From: Rhizodiscina lignyota
Taxonomy: Eukaryota
Assembly (NCBI GenBank): GCA_010015805.1
Contig: ML978125.1
Span: forward strand, 1,364,001 to 1,428,000
DNA length: 64,000 bases
Direction of reading: 5' to 3'
Shown in pieces: positions 1 to 11,024 of the stretch (within the stretch, counting starts at the first letter, position 1; each line of letters opens with the position of its first letter). A program made the translations under genes and the position numbers. The notes under the pieces are model-generated. The model was not told the origin of the DNA, made no database searches, and saw only the letters and a program-made list of their open reading frames with translations.

Positions 1-1
1 T

Positions 2-1060
2 GGTATTGAAAACTCGCCACGTCTGCATCTAATCGACAGCGGAATGGACAACAATTGCCCTACTTACGTACTTCTTCACCCGAACCGAGAGGTCGATGTG
101 ATCCTCAATATGGACGCCTCCAGTGATGTTCAGAAGGATACCTTCCAAGAGCGTGTAGACCAGATTGGCAGTCGGCGTGGGCTGAAATTCACCAAGCGGC
201 ACGACATCAAACCCGATCCGGATAAGAAGAACCCAGATCGGTTCCAAGGACTGTATGCTCAGATATATGATGGAATCCTCATCGAGCGTCCCCCGACGGT
301 CACCGACTCATACGGCCACGCCGTTACTAATCCACCAGCGCCAGTCTGCCACCAAGAATGTACAATGGTGTATATGCCTTTGCTTCCCAATGAAAGGGCT
401 GTGCCAGACTTTGATCCTTCAACTGCAAAGTTTTCTGGTTCGTACAACCTTGTCTGGACCGCGGAGCAAGTCGACATGCTGGTGAAGGTATGCAAACAGA
501 ACTTTCATGACGGCCATGAAGCGATCCAAACTGCTTTGATGGATGCGTATCTGCGAAAGAAAGCCAAGCGAGAAGGCACTTGGGACCCCAAAACCTACCA
601 GCCCGGTTCTCGACCGTTGGATCTTGGATACCAGGGTCAAGCGCATGCTCAGCAGGAGGCACATTCAGCTCAGGTCCAGCAGCAGTATGAGGCGCAACAG
701 CCAATCCAGACATCAACTTATTATGCCCAACAAGTTGCCTTTGAACAACATAGTGGCACTGAGCCGAAGCCAGAGCAGCAACAGCCTCCATATAATCCGC
801 AGACCTCCTTCCCTCCGCCGCCTCCTGGGCCGCCGCCAGCACAGCAACAACAATCTCCGTATCCATCGCAGGCTTCGTTTCCACCACCTCCGCCTGGGCC
901 ACCACCAGCACAACAGCAGGAAACATCGTATCAGCCGTACTCCGAGTACCAACCGCAACAGGATGAAGCTGCACACCAGCCACACTCCGACTACCAGGCG
1001 CACCAGAACCAGATGTCATATTCATCGCAGACTGAATTTCCGCCGCCGCCGAAGCAATAA
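2..1060 (+). CDS. C-terminal part of cytosolic phospholipase A2/lysophospholipase (PLA2c)-like protein with Q/P-rich tail; 5' end outside window
   Basis: Frame open from base 2; LHLIDSGMDNNCP...HPNREVDVILNMDAS resembles the catalytic-Asp region (LxDxG) of PLA2c/FabD-lysophospholipase-like proteins; low-complexity tail follows. Confidence 0.75.
   Translation, partial: GIENSPRLHLIDSGMDNNCPTYVLLHPNREVDVILNMDASSDVQKDTFQERVDQIGSRRGLKFTKRHDIKPDPDKKNPDRFQGLYAQIYDGILIERPPTVTDSYGHAVTNPPAPVCHQECTMVYMPLLPNERAVPDFDPSTAKFSGSYNLVWTAEQVDMLVKVCKQNFHDGHEAIQTALMDAYLRKKAKREGTWDPKTYQPGSRPLDLGYQGQAHAQQEAHSAQVQQQYEAQQPIQTSTYYAQQVAFEQHSGTEPKPEQQQPPYNPQTSFPPPPPGPPPAQQQQSPYPSQASFPPPPPGPPPAQQQETSYQPYSEYQPQQDEAAHQPHSDYQAHQNQMSYSSQTEFPPPPKQ
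776..919 (+). repeat. Coding tandem repeat, 2 x 69 nt (QQQxPYxxQxSFPPPPPGPPPAQ)
   Basis: Two near-identical 23-aa units visible in the translation of ORF 44..1060. Confidence 0.85.
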
Positions 1061-2046
1061 TTCAATTAGTATTCTTGCTTGATTAGCAGTTGGAGACAGA
1101 TCTATTTTCGTCGGTAATCCCGATATCCCGATATCTTTACTTGCTGGGATTCCGTTCGGTTTGTTGCTTATGCTCGAGCTTCTATGTGCTTGGAAACCTT
1201 ACGTCTTGTTTATTGCGCTCCCAATGCCGAAATGCAGTTCTACTTAGCCCCAAATCGTTCCTGATGATAATGACGTAGATCCACGCCAGTTGTGGATCGT
1301 AGAGTTGTGGAGACTATGCTTGATTTATAGCGGATATTCCAATGTCAACCTACTTTAGCTTTGCAATAAGCTTCTAACCAAGGTGAGATATTTCTTAGTT
1401 GGCGCAAATTGTATGACTGGATCCTGCGCTTATATGCATGCGCACCCTTCTCACAGGCAGACGTCTTGCCTGATATCCGAGCACTTGGTCAAATCAGCTC
1501 CGCGGACAATGCCCTCCCAGTCCCAGAAAGCTCAATGGTACAAAATTTTGCTCTTGCGCCGTGCGAGTTTCACAGTTATCTCTGACTTCTGAACAAGTCA
1601 GAAGACTTTCTAAGGTAGTGCGGTACCCCATGAATAGATTCCACTTAGTGTCAACCGCATCCTTCACCCGCGGTCGCACCCATGACATATAATTTCAAAA
1701 TGAACATAGAAACATCGGATCCTTTGAGTTCCCATACGTCAAATGAACTACTCGATTACCTGCCAGCGTATGACATAAGAAATGCAGACTCCAGGTTCTC
1801 CAATAGGCGATTCAATTCTGTACAACGTTTCAGTTTAAAGGAGTGCGACCATGTGCGGCCGCTTTGTGGGATCTTTGCCGAGGCCGGAAAAAGGTACGTC
1901 GCTGTCAGCTACGACAGTTCCACCAACAGTAAAAGAGGCACTAATTTAATGATGTTTCAATGATGGCTCATAGGGTTATTCTCCTTTGAGTAACAAAGCA
2001 CGTTGACAAATTCTGGGGGAAGATCTAGCGACACTGTGTCTCCAGA

Positions 2047-2054
2047 AATATAAA
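2047..2054 (+). promoter_or_regulatory. TATA-like box upstream of the small secreted Cys-rich gene
   Basis: AATATAAA about 115 nt upstream of ATG 2165. Confidence 0.4.
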
Positions 2055-2164
2055 GCCATGTCTTCTCTATGATATTCGGATGTGTCGTCTGTATTCTTCA
2101 CTGCAAAGCCTGAGCCTCAATCATCCACGCACTCCAATATTCCGGCCTTGGATCTCAGTTCAAG

Positions 2165-2545
2165 ATGAAGACCCTTCAAGCCTTCCTTGCGGCGGCCCTC
2201 GTCTTCAACGCCACTCTAGTCTATGCACAAGACGGTACTCTGACCTTCGGAACATGTCAACAGGGAATCGGAGGTGCATGCTTTAGCAGCTGCCTAATTG
2301 ACGGCCTGAGAGAATGCTGCGAGCCGGACGCTGGATGCGGAGGCATAGGCACAACCTGTGCCATCATCTTCGGAAGCGCCGGTGACGTCGAAGGCGTTGA
2401 TTGTGACTGCCAAGGGGACTGCAGCGCGTCGGGACAAGCTAATGGCGATTGCACTTGCGTAAGTATCCTTGAATTCCTTGTTGGACATTCGGTGTGCGTC
2501 GTCAGGGCTGGATGCTGACTTCGGGTATACAAACAGGCCAACTGA
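2165..2545 (+). CDS. Small secreted cysteine-rich protein (100 aa, 12 Cys), effector-like
   Basis: Signal peptide MKTLQAFLAAALVFNATLVYA; phase-0 intron 2459-2536 (GTAAGT...GCTGAC...ACAG) followed by GCC AAC TGA; 12 Cys in the mature part. Confidence 0.8.
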
Positions 2546-3415
2546 AGACCGTTCAGAAGGCTGATGTTGAAGACGAGCGCTATGAAAATCTCTGACAGGA
2601 AAATCCATTCCAGAGAATGTTACAGTCAATGAGTGCTTGCCGAACTTGTACGCCGATACACTCGGTACAAATATAGAATGAAATGACGTCAATGTCGAAT
2701 TCAAAATGAAATGGAAATTGTGATATATGGTCAAGCTTCGCAAGGCGAATTTTGCTCGTGCATATGGCCACGCTAAGCACACTCTCCTTTGTTTTTATTG
2801 CATGCTCGTGTCCTGAGTCGCGAACCTCAACTATAAAACGCGTCATGAGGCTATTCAGAGATATGATCTCTTGCGCAATCCAGTATCAGAGGAGATATTC
2901 CGACACCACAGCAACGTCAGTAATATGAAAGACAAAGAAAAGTGCTCAGTCCCTAAGTTAGGTTCCGAGGTGAGCATTATAGCATGGGAGCAACTAATGA
3001 GCCTGGATTTTAAAGAAATTAATGAAGATAGCCATGACAAAGTGGGATGCTTGAGAGAAGGCATAAAGTTTGTGGAGATAGATGAACTTCAAGCGCGGAG
3101 GTGAGTTAAGGGGGCGGGGCGGAGCCAAGACCCGGGAGATCGGGAGGTGCCGAAAATGGAATCGGGCACTCTTTCGTCAACGGGCACACGGCATTCTTCT
3201 TTCACCAACACTTCATCACACGCCTCACAAATTCACTTTCTGGCCATCAAACGCCCTCTTGTTCACGATTCAATTTCTCCACCCTTTGAGAGAGATCAAA
3301 ACACTAATTTGAATCCGCCGTTGGGCGTGTGCCGAGATTATAACAATTCGAGTGCGTTGTCATAAAATCAACAAACTAAGCCTGCAGTTACGATCTCTAG
3401 ATACCTCCAACGATT

Positions 3416-4258
3416 ATGGACAATCTCCGCAGCCTCAGCGGCTCTCTGCCCGCACCGACATCATCTCGTCGCAATCGCCCTTTGAATTCTCAGCAACAGC
3501 ATCCGCCCGCACAGCTTATCCAAGCCTTCAAGACCGCCGCCATGTCTGTCACCAATCTCTACCGCACAGCCGCTTCGGACATCTCGTCTGCATATACTGA
3601 TGGCCATCGCGATGCATTGGAAGATCTTGTCAGCTTTCTGGATAAGGAAAACCTGGGGCTTAACGGTGGAGAAGGCTGGCGTGTGAGGCAGTGGGCGGCA
3701 GAACGAATGGCGGGACAAGCACAGCAGCCCAGCTCGGATGGGAGTGAAGACGAGGAAGGCCTTGACGGGGAAGACGCGGAGAAACGGGCAAGGAGCTCGA
3801 GCCCAACCCTGCAGCAGAAGACGAGCAATGAGCAACCTCCGAATCCCACAGTCGATGCCGTACGCTCAGTATCGCCACCGCGCTCGGGTTCGGCGCCGCC
3901 AGTACAGGTTCACCAAACGACAACGCAACCGAACCAGTTTACTTTTCAGTCCGGCTTTCAATATCCTGCAACTCAAGGGCAAGACGTCGAAATGGCTGGC
4001 GGAAGCAACGGGGGCGGGCAAGGACTCCCGATCACAGCTCGGTCTACGAGATCATCGCGACATGGGCATTCGTTACGGTCAAACCACAATCTCCACAACA
4101 GGACGACGGTAAATCTCGGCTCAGGAGCAGGCGCAAAGCGGAAATTACCATTCATAGATTTCTTCGACGTCTCTGGCCTCAATGCCAATGGAAATGCTCG
4201 AGATGGACAGTCCGGAGGCGGGGGACATGGGCTTGCTAAGAGGAATAGGCAGGCTTAG
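3416..4258 (+). CDS. Conserved fungal protein, HAPSTR1/C16orf72 (TAPR1-like, DUF4588) family
   Basis: Single-exon 280-aa ORF; AFKTAAMSVTNLYR...GHRDAL resembles the FxxAAxxVTxLYK helix of this family; disordered C-terminus with basic motifs. Confidence 0.65.
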   Translation: MDNLRSLSGSLPAPTSSRRNRPLNSQQQHPPAQLIQAFKTAAMSVTNLYRTAASDISSAYTDGHRDALEDLVSFLDKENLGLNGGEGWRVRQWAAERMAGQAQQPSSDGSEDEEGLDGEDAEKRARSSSPTLQQKTSNEQPPNPTVDAVRSVSPPRSGSAPPVQVHQTTTQPNQFTFQSGFQYPATQGQDVEMAGGSNGGGQGLPITARSTRSSRHGHSLRSNHNLHNRTTVNLGSGAGAKRKLPFIDFFDVSGLNANGNARDGQSGGGGHGLAKRNRQA

Positions 4259-4625
4259 GGCCGCATAATGCTGCAGACGTTCAAACGAGACTGCAGCGTG
4301 TAAATACGAATCGAGACGGCCGCAGCGACGACTTGCTTCATGCATTGCGAGGAGCACAGCATTTGATACCAGAAGGATATGGATATAGCATGAAGTCAGC
4401 TTTGCAAGGGTACTATGGAACGAAGGACATGTCTACACTTTGGCAAGCCACTAGCAGATAGCACTTTAATATGGAAGCTCGAACTTCTTCATAATTGCAT
4501 TAAGAGTCCCATTTCCCGTGATCGAATGCTTACAGATGAATATATGCAACGACTTAACGATTAATCGCAAAAGATTTGCCAGCATAAATCGGCTACCCCT
4601 ATCCATGCCCTTACCGGCACCGACG

Positions 4626-5827
4626 TCAGCTCCACATGAAGCGTCCACCAGCAATTAATTGCAGCAGGCTTGGATACACGGGCTTGCTCATCATCTGCGC
4701 CAGCTGGAATGCCATGGCATTGTGTATCGCACCTGTCGGATGCAACGAGTTGAGCCAGAAGTACTCGTCTACAGGGTAAATGCAATTTCGATTGAATGTG
4801 TCCGGCTTCGAAGTCCCGCTGCGAAATAGTCAGTGAAACTGAACATACGTACATATACATCTGCAACATCTCACTCTTCATAAGAGGCGCAGAAGTTCGT
4901 TGTATTCTTCAGCATCTTCGTCTGTTCATAAGCTTTGGGGTTGTCCAAGGCGTTGTTGAACAGGCCGTACGTGTCGAATACGAAGGCCGTGGCGTCGCTA
5001 TACGTGCTCGTGAGATTTGACGCCATATTCACGAGCCGCATATTCCAATCTGCAATCGCAGTGCTTTCTTTCTCGACAAGACCTTGAGCTGACGCATTCG
5101 GGGCTAGTGCTGTCTTCGGAGCGCGCTGGATAGGCGGGACATTTAGGAACATGAAGTTACGCGCGCCACTCTGATATACTTCATCAATAAGGCCCTTGTA
5201 CTCCTCGAACACTAACGCGTTGATCTTTGGCTTGTGCAGCTTGTATGAGTTGCCGACGTCATTGACGCCGATGAAGAAGGCGAATAAGCTATCACAGTCT
5301 GACCAAGGTGCGTTGTCAGGCTTCGAGGCGTAGGTTGGCAAGTAGATTTCCTTTACTTGTTCGGATATGGATAGTGCACTGCCTGATGTCGGAGCAACAA
5401 GGCCGGAGTCCACAGTAGCTCCACCCCGTGCAATGTTATACGTGAGGACCAAGCTGTGGTTGTATTTGGTGGTTAGAAAGTCGACCCAATTTGGCCCGCT
5501 GTGTATCAGTCAGTATTGTCCTGGAAGGGCTCAACCGTGATATACTAACTTTGATGAGGTGAGTCCCGGATAGCTAGGGTTTCCCATAGGATTTCCGGCG
5601 CTTGGTTCAACGCCAGTAGATCTGAACCCGGTCGTGGAATATGAATCGCCACTTTTACCAATCAGTCAAGTTTAACTGAACAACATCATTCTCACTGCTT
5701 ACAAGACAAATATGTACTTAACATTGCGCCACCCATTCCATTTTCGAGTATTATTCAATGGGAAAGAAACTGCGAGATCCGCACAGCAGAGGAAAGGAAG
5801 CAACAGGGACTGGAGTAAGTAGACCAT
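4626..5827 (-). CDS. Secreted SGNH/GDSL acetyl esterase, carbohydrate esterase family 16
   Basis: Spliced model [15 protein letters not shown]...IFVFGDSY...GPNWVDFLT...[11 protein letters not shown]...FIGVNDV...[10 protein letters not shown]; three short GT-AG introns; stop at 4626. Confidence 0.85.
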
Positions 5828-7267
5828 GGCAGAAAAGAAAACCGGATCCGCCTTTGACAAGGTTAAAGACCATAGATATCTCTGAGACGATAAATACGAG
5901 AAACAAGAAGAGACGCATGTCGGGGCCGCAGACGCTTTAATTAATAGTGCATCTCAATGCCGACGGATGAGGTACTCTGGATCCTTGCTCTGAGCCCAGA
6001 GTACGGTCACCTTCATCAAGAGGCAACACAAGAGGAAATAAAGTGAAGGATAGAGTTGCATTGGCTGGCAAGTGGCATAACGGCTTTGCTGATGTGGATC
6101 CACCGTGTCGTAACACTGCAGGTAGATGGCTTGTCATCCTGGGCATCGTGAAAGCTTGACTCCAAAGCTTGTTCACCGACAGCTGTAAGGGATGGGCAGA
6201 TATTCCAAGGCACCTGTGAGCTCACCATAAAGCTTCTACTATGATTACTTTGCTTGACATTAGACAAGATATAATGACAGTTAGAAACAACTTCGAAGGA
6301 AAACTGAAGCTTCGGATAGTGAAACGTCCTTAACCGCTGTCAAAGCGCAGATGCAGCTGCTGTGTCACATCTGTTCGGTGTCTTCGGATAGGTGACGATT
6401 TTTTTCTGTAAGCATCCGGGACAAAAGCTTCAATACAACGGGGAACGCTTGTGGGTTTGTAACTCGACAGCATGCATTGAAGTGAACTAAGTAGATATAG
6501 AAAAGCTTGGAGTCGCCAGGAAGGTGCAGAATAAACGATGTCACTATCATCAAAATTGGGGTGAAAAGTGTGAGCGGTCTTGATCCAACTGTGGGTGAAA
6601 ACATGCAAGGTACTGTGCAACGTCGGATGAAGCCATCCAGATGACGCTAATGTCTCGAGAGAACTGCTTGAAGCCGCGAGATGTCGGTCTGCTGAGCGCT
6701 TCAGTACTTCGGATGAATCGATTTCGTGACTTATCGCATTCTATAGCCACGATCAACTGCGTTTGAAAGGCTGCAGCTCGTCTAAAGTTAGACGATTGCG
6801 GCGAAGTCGAGATGTCGCCACGATGCGAATTGGGCTGACTGGACAGCTCTTATGCGTCTTATTCTTTCCTCCTATGTCATTGGCTCCGAGTAAGAGTGAT
6901 CTCGCTTCTTTTCTGCAGAATCTCGATCGGCATTTGTAGGTAAGATCAAGGTTGATTGATGGAGGTCAGTTCAGATTGGGCGAAGAGTTTCTTCCGCTAG
7001 GCAGCTTCGCCGCCAAAGCCACGACTTCAGGCCACCAGATCCTTCCTCCAGGATGTCAACTTCACAACAGAATTTATATGTATAAATCGTAGCCAACACT
7101 CAACTAAAGGTGGTGTACTTCTTTATCATCTGTCAGAGAATCTTAGCTAGCTTCCTTTTCATGTATATAAACCATCACTTCGTCCAGTATTCCTCACCAA
7201 CCACTTTTCAATCGCGATCTGTTATTTTTCAACAATTTTCTCGACGTGGTTCTAAATTTTGATAAAA

Positions 7268-8770
7268 ATGCTTTCAGCGTCTCTATCAATCCTCTCCGTC
7301 GAGCTAGTCGAAGCAATCCTCTCCTTCTTAGCAGGTGATGTCAAGTCTCTGGCCGCTCTCGCACTAGTGTCAAAAGCATTCAATCGTCTCTCGACACCAC
7401 ATCTTTATCACACATTCTACGAGCCCGAAGTTTACGGTGATAACTACAAATTCGCCCTGAAGGCATTGATCCGCACCAGTATTGAGAGACCGGATCTGGC
7501 GTGACATGTCAAGCGCCTCATCCTTCGCAGCTTCTCTGCTGACGCCGGAGGTGAATCTCCCCAAGTTCCGAGCAATGAACAGTTGGCACTTTATGCCCCT
7601 GTCATGGAATACTTTTGCGCGGCCCGAAGCATCCCTTCAAGATATGAACCCTTCTCCAATCTCAACGAAGGCTTGACGGTCGCAGACCAGTGGCTCAAAC
7701 GTCTCCAAAGCGGCGAGGACGATGCAGAGGCGGCGCTTCTGTTCTGCCTCCTTCCGAATCTAGAAGAGTTCTACTTCGAAGAATCCTACCAACCTCTCAC
7801 CGCTCTGCGTGTCGTGAATCTGGCCGCTCGGAGCACGATATCTCCCACCAGCATTCCTATTAATCTGTCTACGGAGACGGCGGCAAACACTGAAGGAGCG
7901 TTTAGACGGCTACACTCCCTCCGCACCATCTCCACCGAATTTAAATACGGCTACCTCTCTTCCTACAATCTCCACCCGCTTTTTGCTCTCCCAGCGCTGC
8001 GGAATCTTGAAATTGGTCGCATGAACGGAGAGTGGAGGGAGGCTCGGTGGCCAGAGGAGACCGCCTGGTCCGGAATAGAGCGGTTAAGTCTCGTCGACAG
8101 CTCCGGTCCTGCCACCTTTATCAAGCTGATACTGCAAGCCCCTCGAACGCTGAGAGAGTTCTACTCCTCACATATTCGGATGCACATGTATCAATGCCCG
8201 TTCACGCCTCAGGATCTAGCCGATGCTTTGCAGCATCACAAAAGGAGCCTGGAGGTGCTCAGTGTGGATTTCAACGATGACTGGGAGAAGGTTTTCTGGG
8301 GAATCAAGGACTACGGACAGTTGTATTTCGGGGACAGATTGCGCCAATTTGAGAAGTTACGAGTTCTCTCTTCGAATCAGCAAGCACTGCTGGGGCTGCT
8401 CTATGCTACTCCAAAACAGATTGTCGTGCCTCGAGAAGGAGGAGAGCTGACAAGCCCTTCAAACGGTGTCCCGGAGATGGATAAGATTCTGCCAGAAAGT
8501 CTAGAGAGATTGACGATAAAGTGTTGCGACTTGCGCGTGATGTCCGCGCTAGAGTATCTGAGCAGTGCTAGAGTCGTGGAGGGCAGGTTTCTAAAGCTGC
8601 GTCGAGTAGACATTGAATTTGCAAAGGAGACTACCCACGAAGACGATGTCCATGAAGGGACTTGGCGTACACAGCACTTACCGTTGAGTGTATGCTTCAA
8701 GGACAGCAAGCAGAGGTCGGAGGGTGGAGACGGGTCCTATTTGCTTGGAGACAGACTTAAGCGAGGCTAA
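7268..8770 (+). pseudogene. F-box-like/LRR-type protein interrupted by one in-frame TGA (7502-7504)
   Basis: ORFs 7259..7504 and 7583..8770 share a frame; LSILSVELVEAILSFL...LAALALVSKAF is F-box-like; the sequence reads RPDLA*HVKRLIL through the stop; no convincing intron removes it. Confidence 0.7.
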
Positions 8771-8934
8771 AGAGATCAGGGACTGTACCATAGCCCAAGA
8801 TTCACACTGGAATCGTCTTGAATTCAATTTAAAAGAGCAAATGAGAAAACTTGAGGGACCTTCTTCTCCCATCCAAACGCCAACGCCACAAATGCAATCG
8901 CCCAGATCAAGAAAGTCACAACAGGTAGGAGAGA

Positions 8935-10361
8935 TTATTTGATTCGCTCCAAACGCGCACGATTGAGCGCAATCTCATCGTCCACACGATCAACCTTGCC
9001 CGTGATCCGATCAATATGATTGTTCTGCTCGTCCACCTCCTTGCCCATTGCCATCGCCAACCCCTTCAACTTGCCCGTCGCGCCATGCAATAGATCGATA
9101 TTATTATCAATTTCGTTTTCCATATCTTCATCCTCACTGTCTGCCTCGAACTGGTACTTGCTACGCTCCGCCAGACTCTGTTTATTCATCTGTCGTTGCG
9201 GGGCCTTGCCTAGGTCGCGCGCGAATTGGTCCTGACGCGCAGTGCTAGACCACGCGGCTGCACGGCTGGCATCGCGAGCCTCGCGCTCAGCACGGTGTGT
9301 GTCGAGCAGCTTAGCCTCACGCTCTTCCTGGCGCCTTTGGGAAGTGAATGGGTTGGCGACATGCACGGCGAACATGCTGCGGTTGAGGGTCTTGAGTTCG
9401 CGTGCCTTCTCAGAAGCGACTCGATTCTGAACGGATGCGAGGTCGAGGTTGCGCTCCGTGTTGTGGATGCGTTCCCCCTGGGCACCAAGACGCTCGAGGG
9501 TAGATGCACCGGTTTGGTAGGCTTGATCAGCAAGACGAAGGGCATTGCGGGTAGAGGAGACATCTTGTTGTTTGACGAAGCGGATTTCTTGTTTCTGTAG
9601 AATGCTATTAGTACGTACAGCATTAGTATTGGGGTGTAAGAACTTACGGTGGCTTGAATGTCTTCTTCCTCTTGTTCCTCTGCAGTGAGCTCCCTGTTCT
9701 CATAAGAGCCATAGCCCTGGCTATCATCGCCAGCACCATAGCCTCCTGCTCGGCTGGTAGCAGACACACTTGCAACACCACCGTCCGCGCCTTGAGCATT
9801 ATTGGTTGGTGGGGCTGACTGTGTCTGGTAACGATTGGGAGCATCTCCAAACAATTGCTGGCGGCCGACTTCTTCCTCTTGGCTCGTCATTCCCATACCT
9901 CCATATCCTCCGGCTCTCCTCGGAGCACTCGAGGCGCCACTGTCCCCGAATCTGTTACTGCCATATCCCCCCTGATCTCCATAGCTAGATCCGTTATTTC
10001 CGTAACGACTTCCACTATCGCCATATCCACCACCGCTGTAGCCAGCTCCATATCCACCGCGATTGTCGTTGACACCACTCGAGCCAAACCGACTTCCCTG
10101 AGCTGGTGCTTGAGGTGCCCCTCCGTAGCCGCCAGGGGGAACAGGGGACTTGTCTCGTCTATAATCGCTCATGCCTCCATCGTAGGAAGGCGGAGGAGTA
10201 GCCTTGGGAGCATACGGGTCGTTCGCGCTGTTCTGTTGGATTGCGTACGGATTGGCGTTTGCTGCCTTCTGGCTCGCTCCGCCAAAAAGAGCGGCTTTGT
10301 TAGAATCGTCGTCGCCGCCTTTAGCTAGCTTACGGGATGAACCAAAGCCGAGTTTCTTCAT
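8935..10361 (-). CDS. SEC9: Plasma-membrane Qbc-SNARE Sec9
   Basis: G/Y-rich N-terminus; intron 9647-9595 joins EEEDIQAT to KQEIRFVKQQD; second SNARE motif EDMENEIDNNIDLL...EVDEQN...RLERIK. Confidence 0.95.
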
Positions 10362-11024
10362 GGTGATGGATGAGGATTGTAGTTGTGTTAGGAGAAGGTA
10401 AAACGAGTTATTTACAGCGTTGAAGGAGAAGGAAAGAGTGAGGGTGGTTGAACGGCGGTTAATGAGAAGAGTTGAATTGCGTGGGAGCTGGGGCGGTGCA
10501 TCAAACGAGGGCCGTTTTCAGGGTCTTGCCAAGCCTTCAGCGATCTCGCCCCTCGATTGTGCCTGGATCCTTTCACCGCAATGATATCCAATTAAAATTC
10601 CACTTATTGCAATCAATCATCCAGATACATTTATTTTATTATAGAATAGTCTCGTCGAACTTAATGGACGACGTTCGCTCATCTCCTGGCCGATCAGGTG
10701 CTGAACGCCACTGTACACGACCGCAAGATGCGCCCAAGCCTCCTCACTGAGCCTCTTCTTATCATTTGGTGACGACTCCTTGAGGACATGGACTCGGAAT
10801 ATTTGCCAGCTGTGAAAACTCTTTGTCGTGCTTAATGTAACAGGTAGGGCTTCACATAGCCTGGCAAGGAACGAATATCCACGACACAGCACGTTTCAGG
10901 CATTCGAAGTGTAGAGTTCAAACGTTCGCTTCCATATTCAACCTGCTATTCTCTATTTCATATCTTCTGAGGTTTATCTAAATTCTCAAGATTCTCTGTA
11001 TGGAATTGCGTTCATTAACCACGA

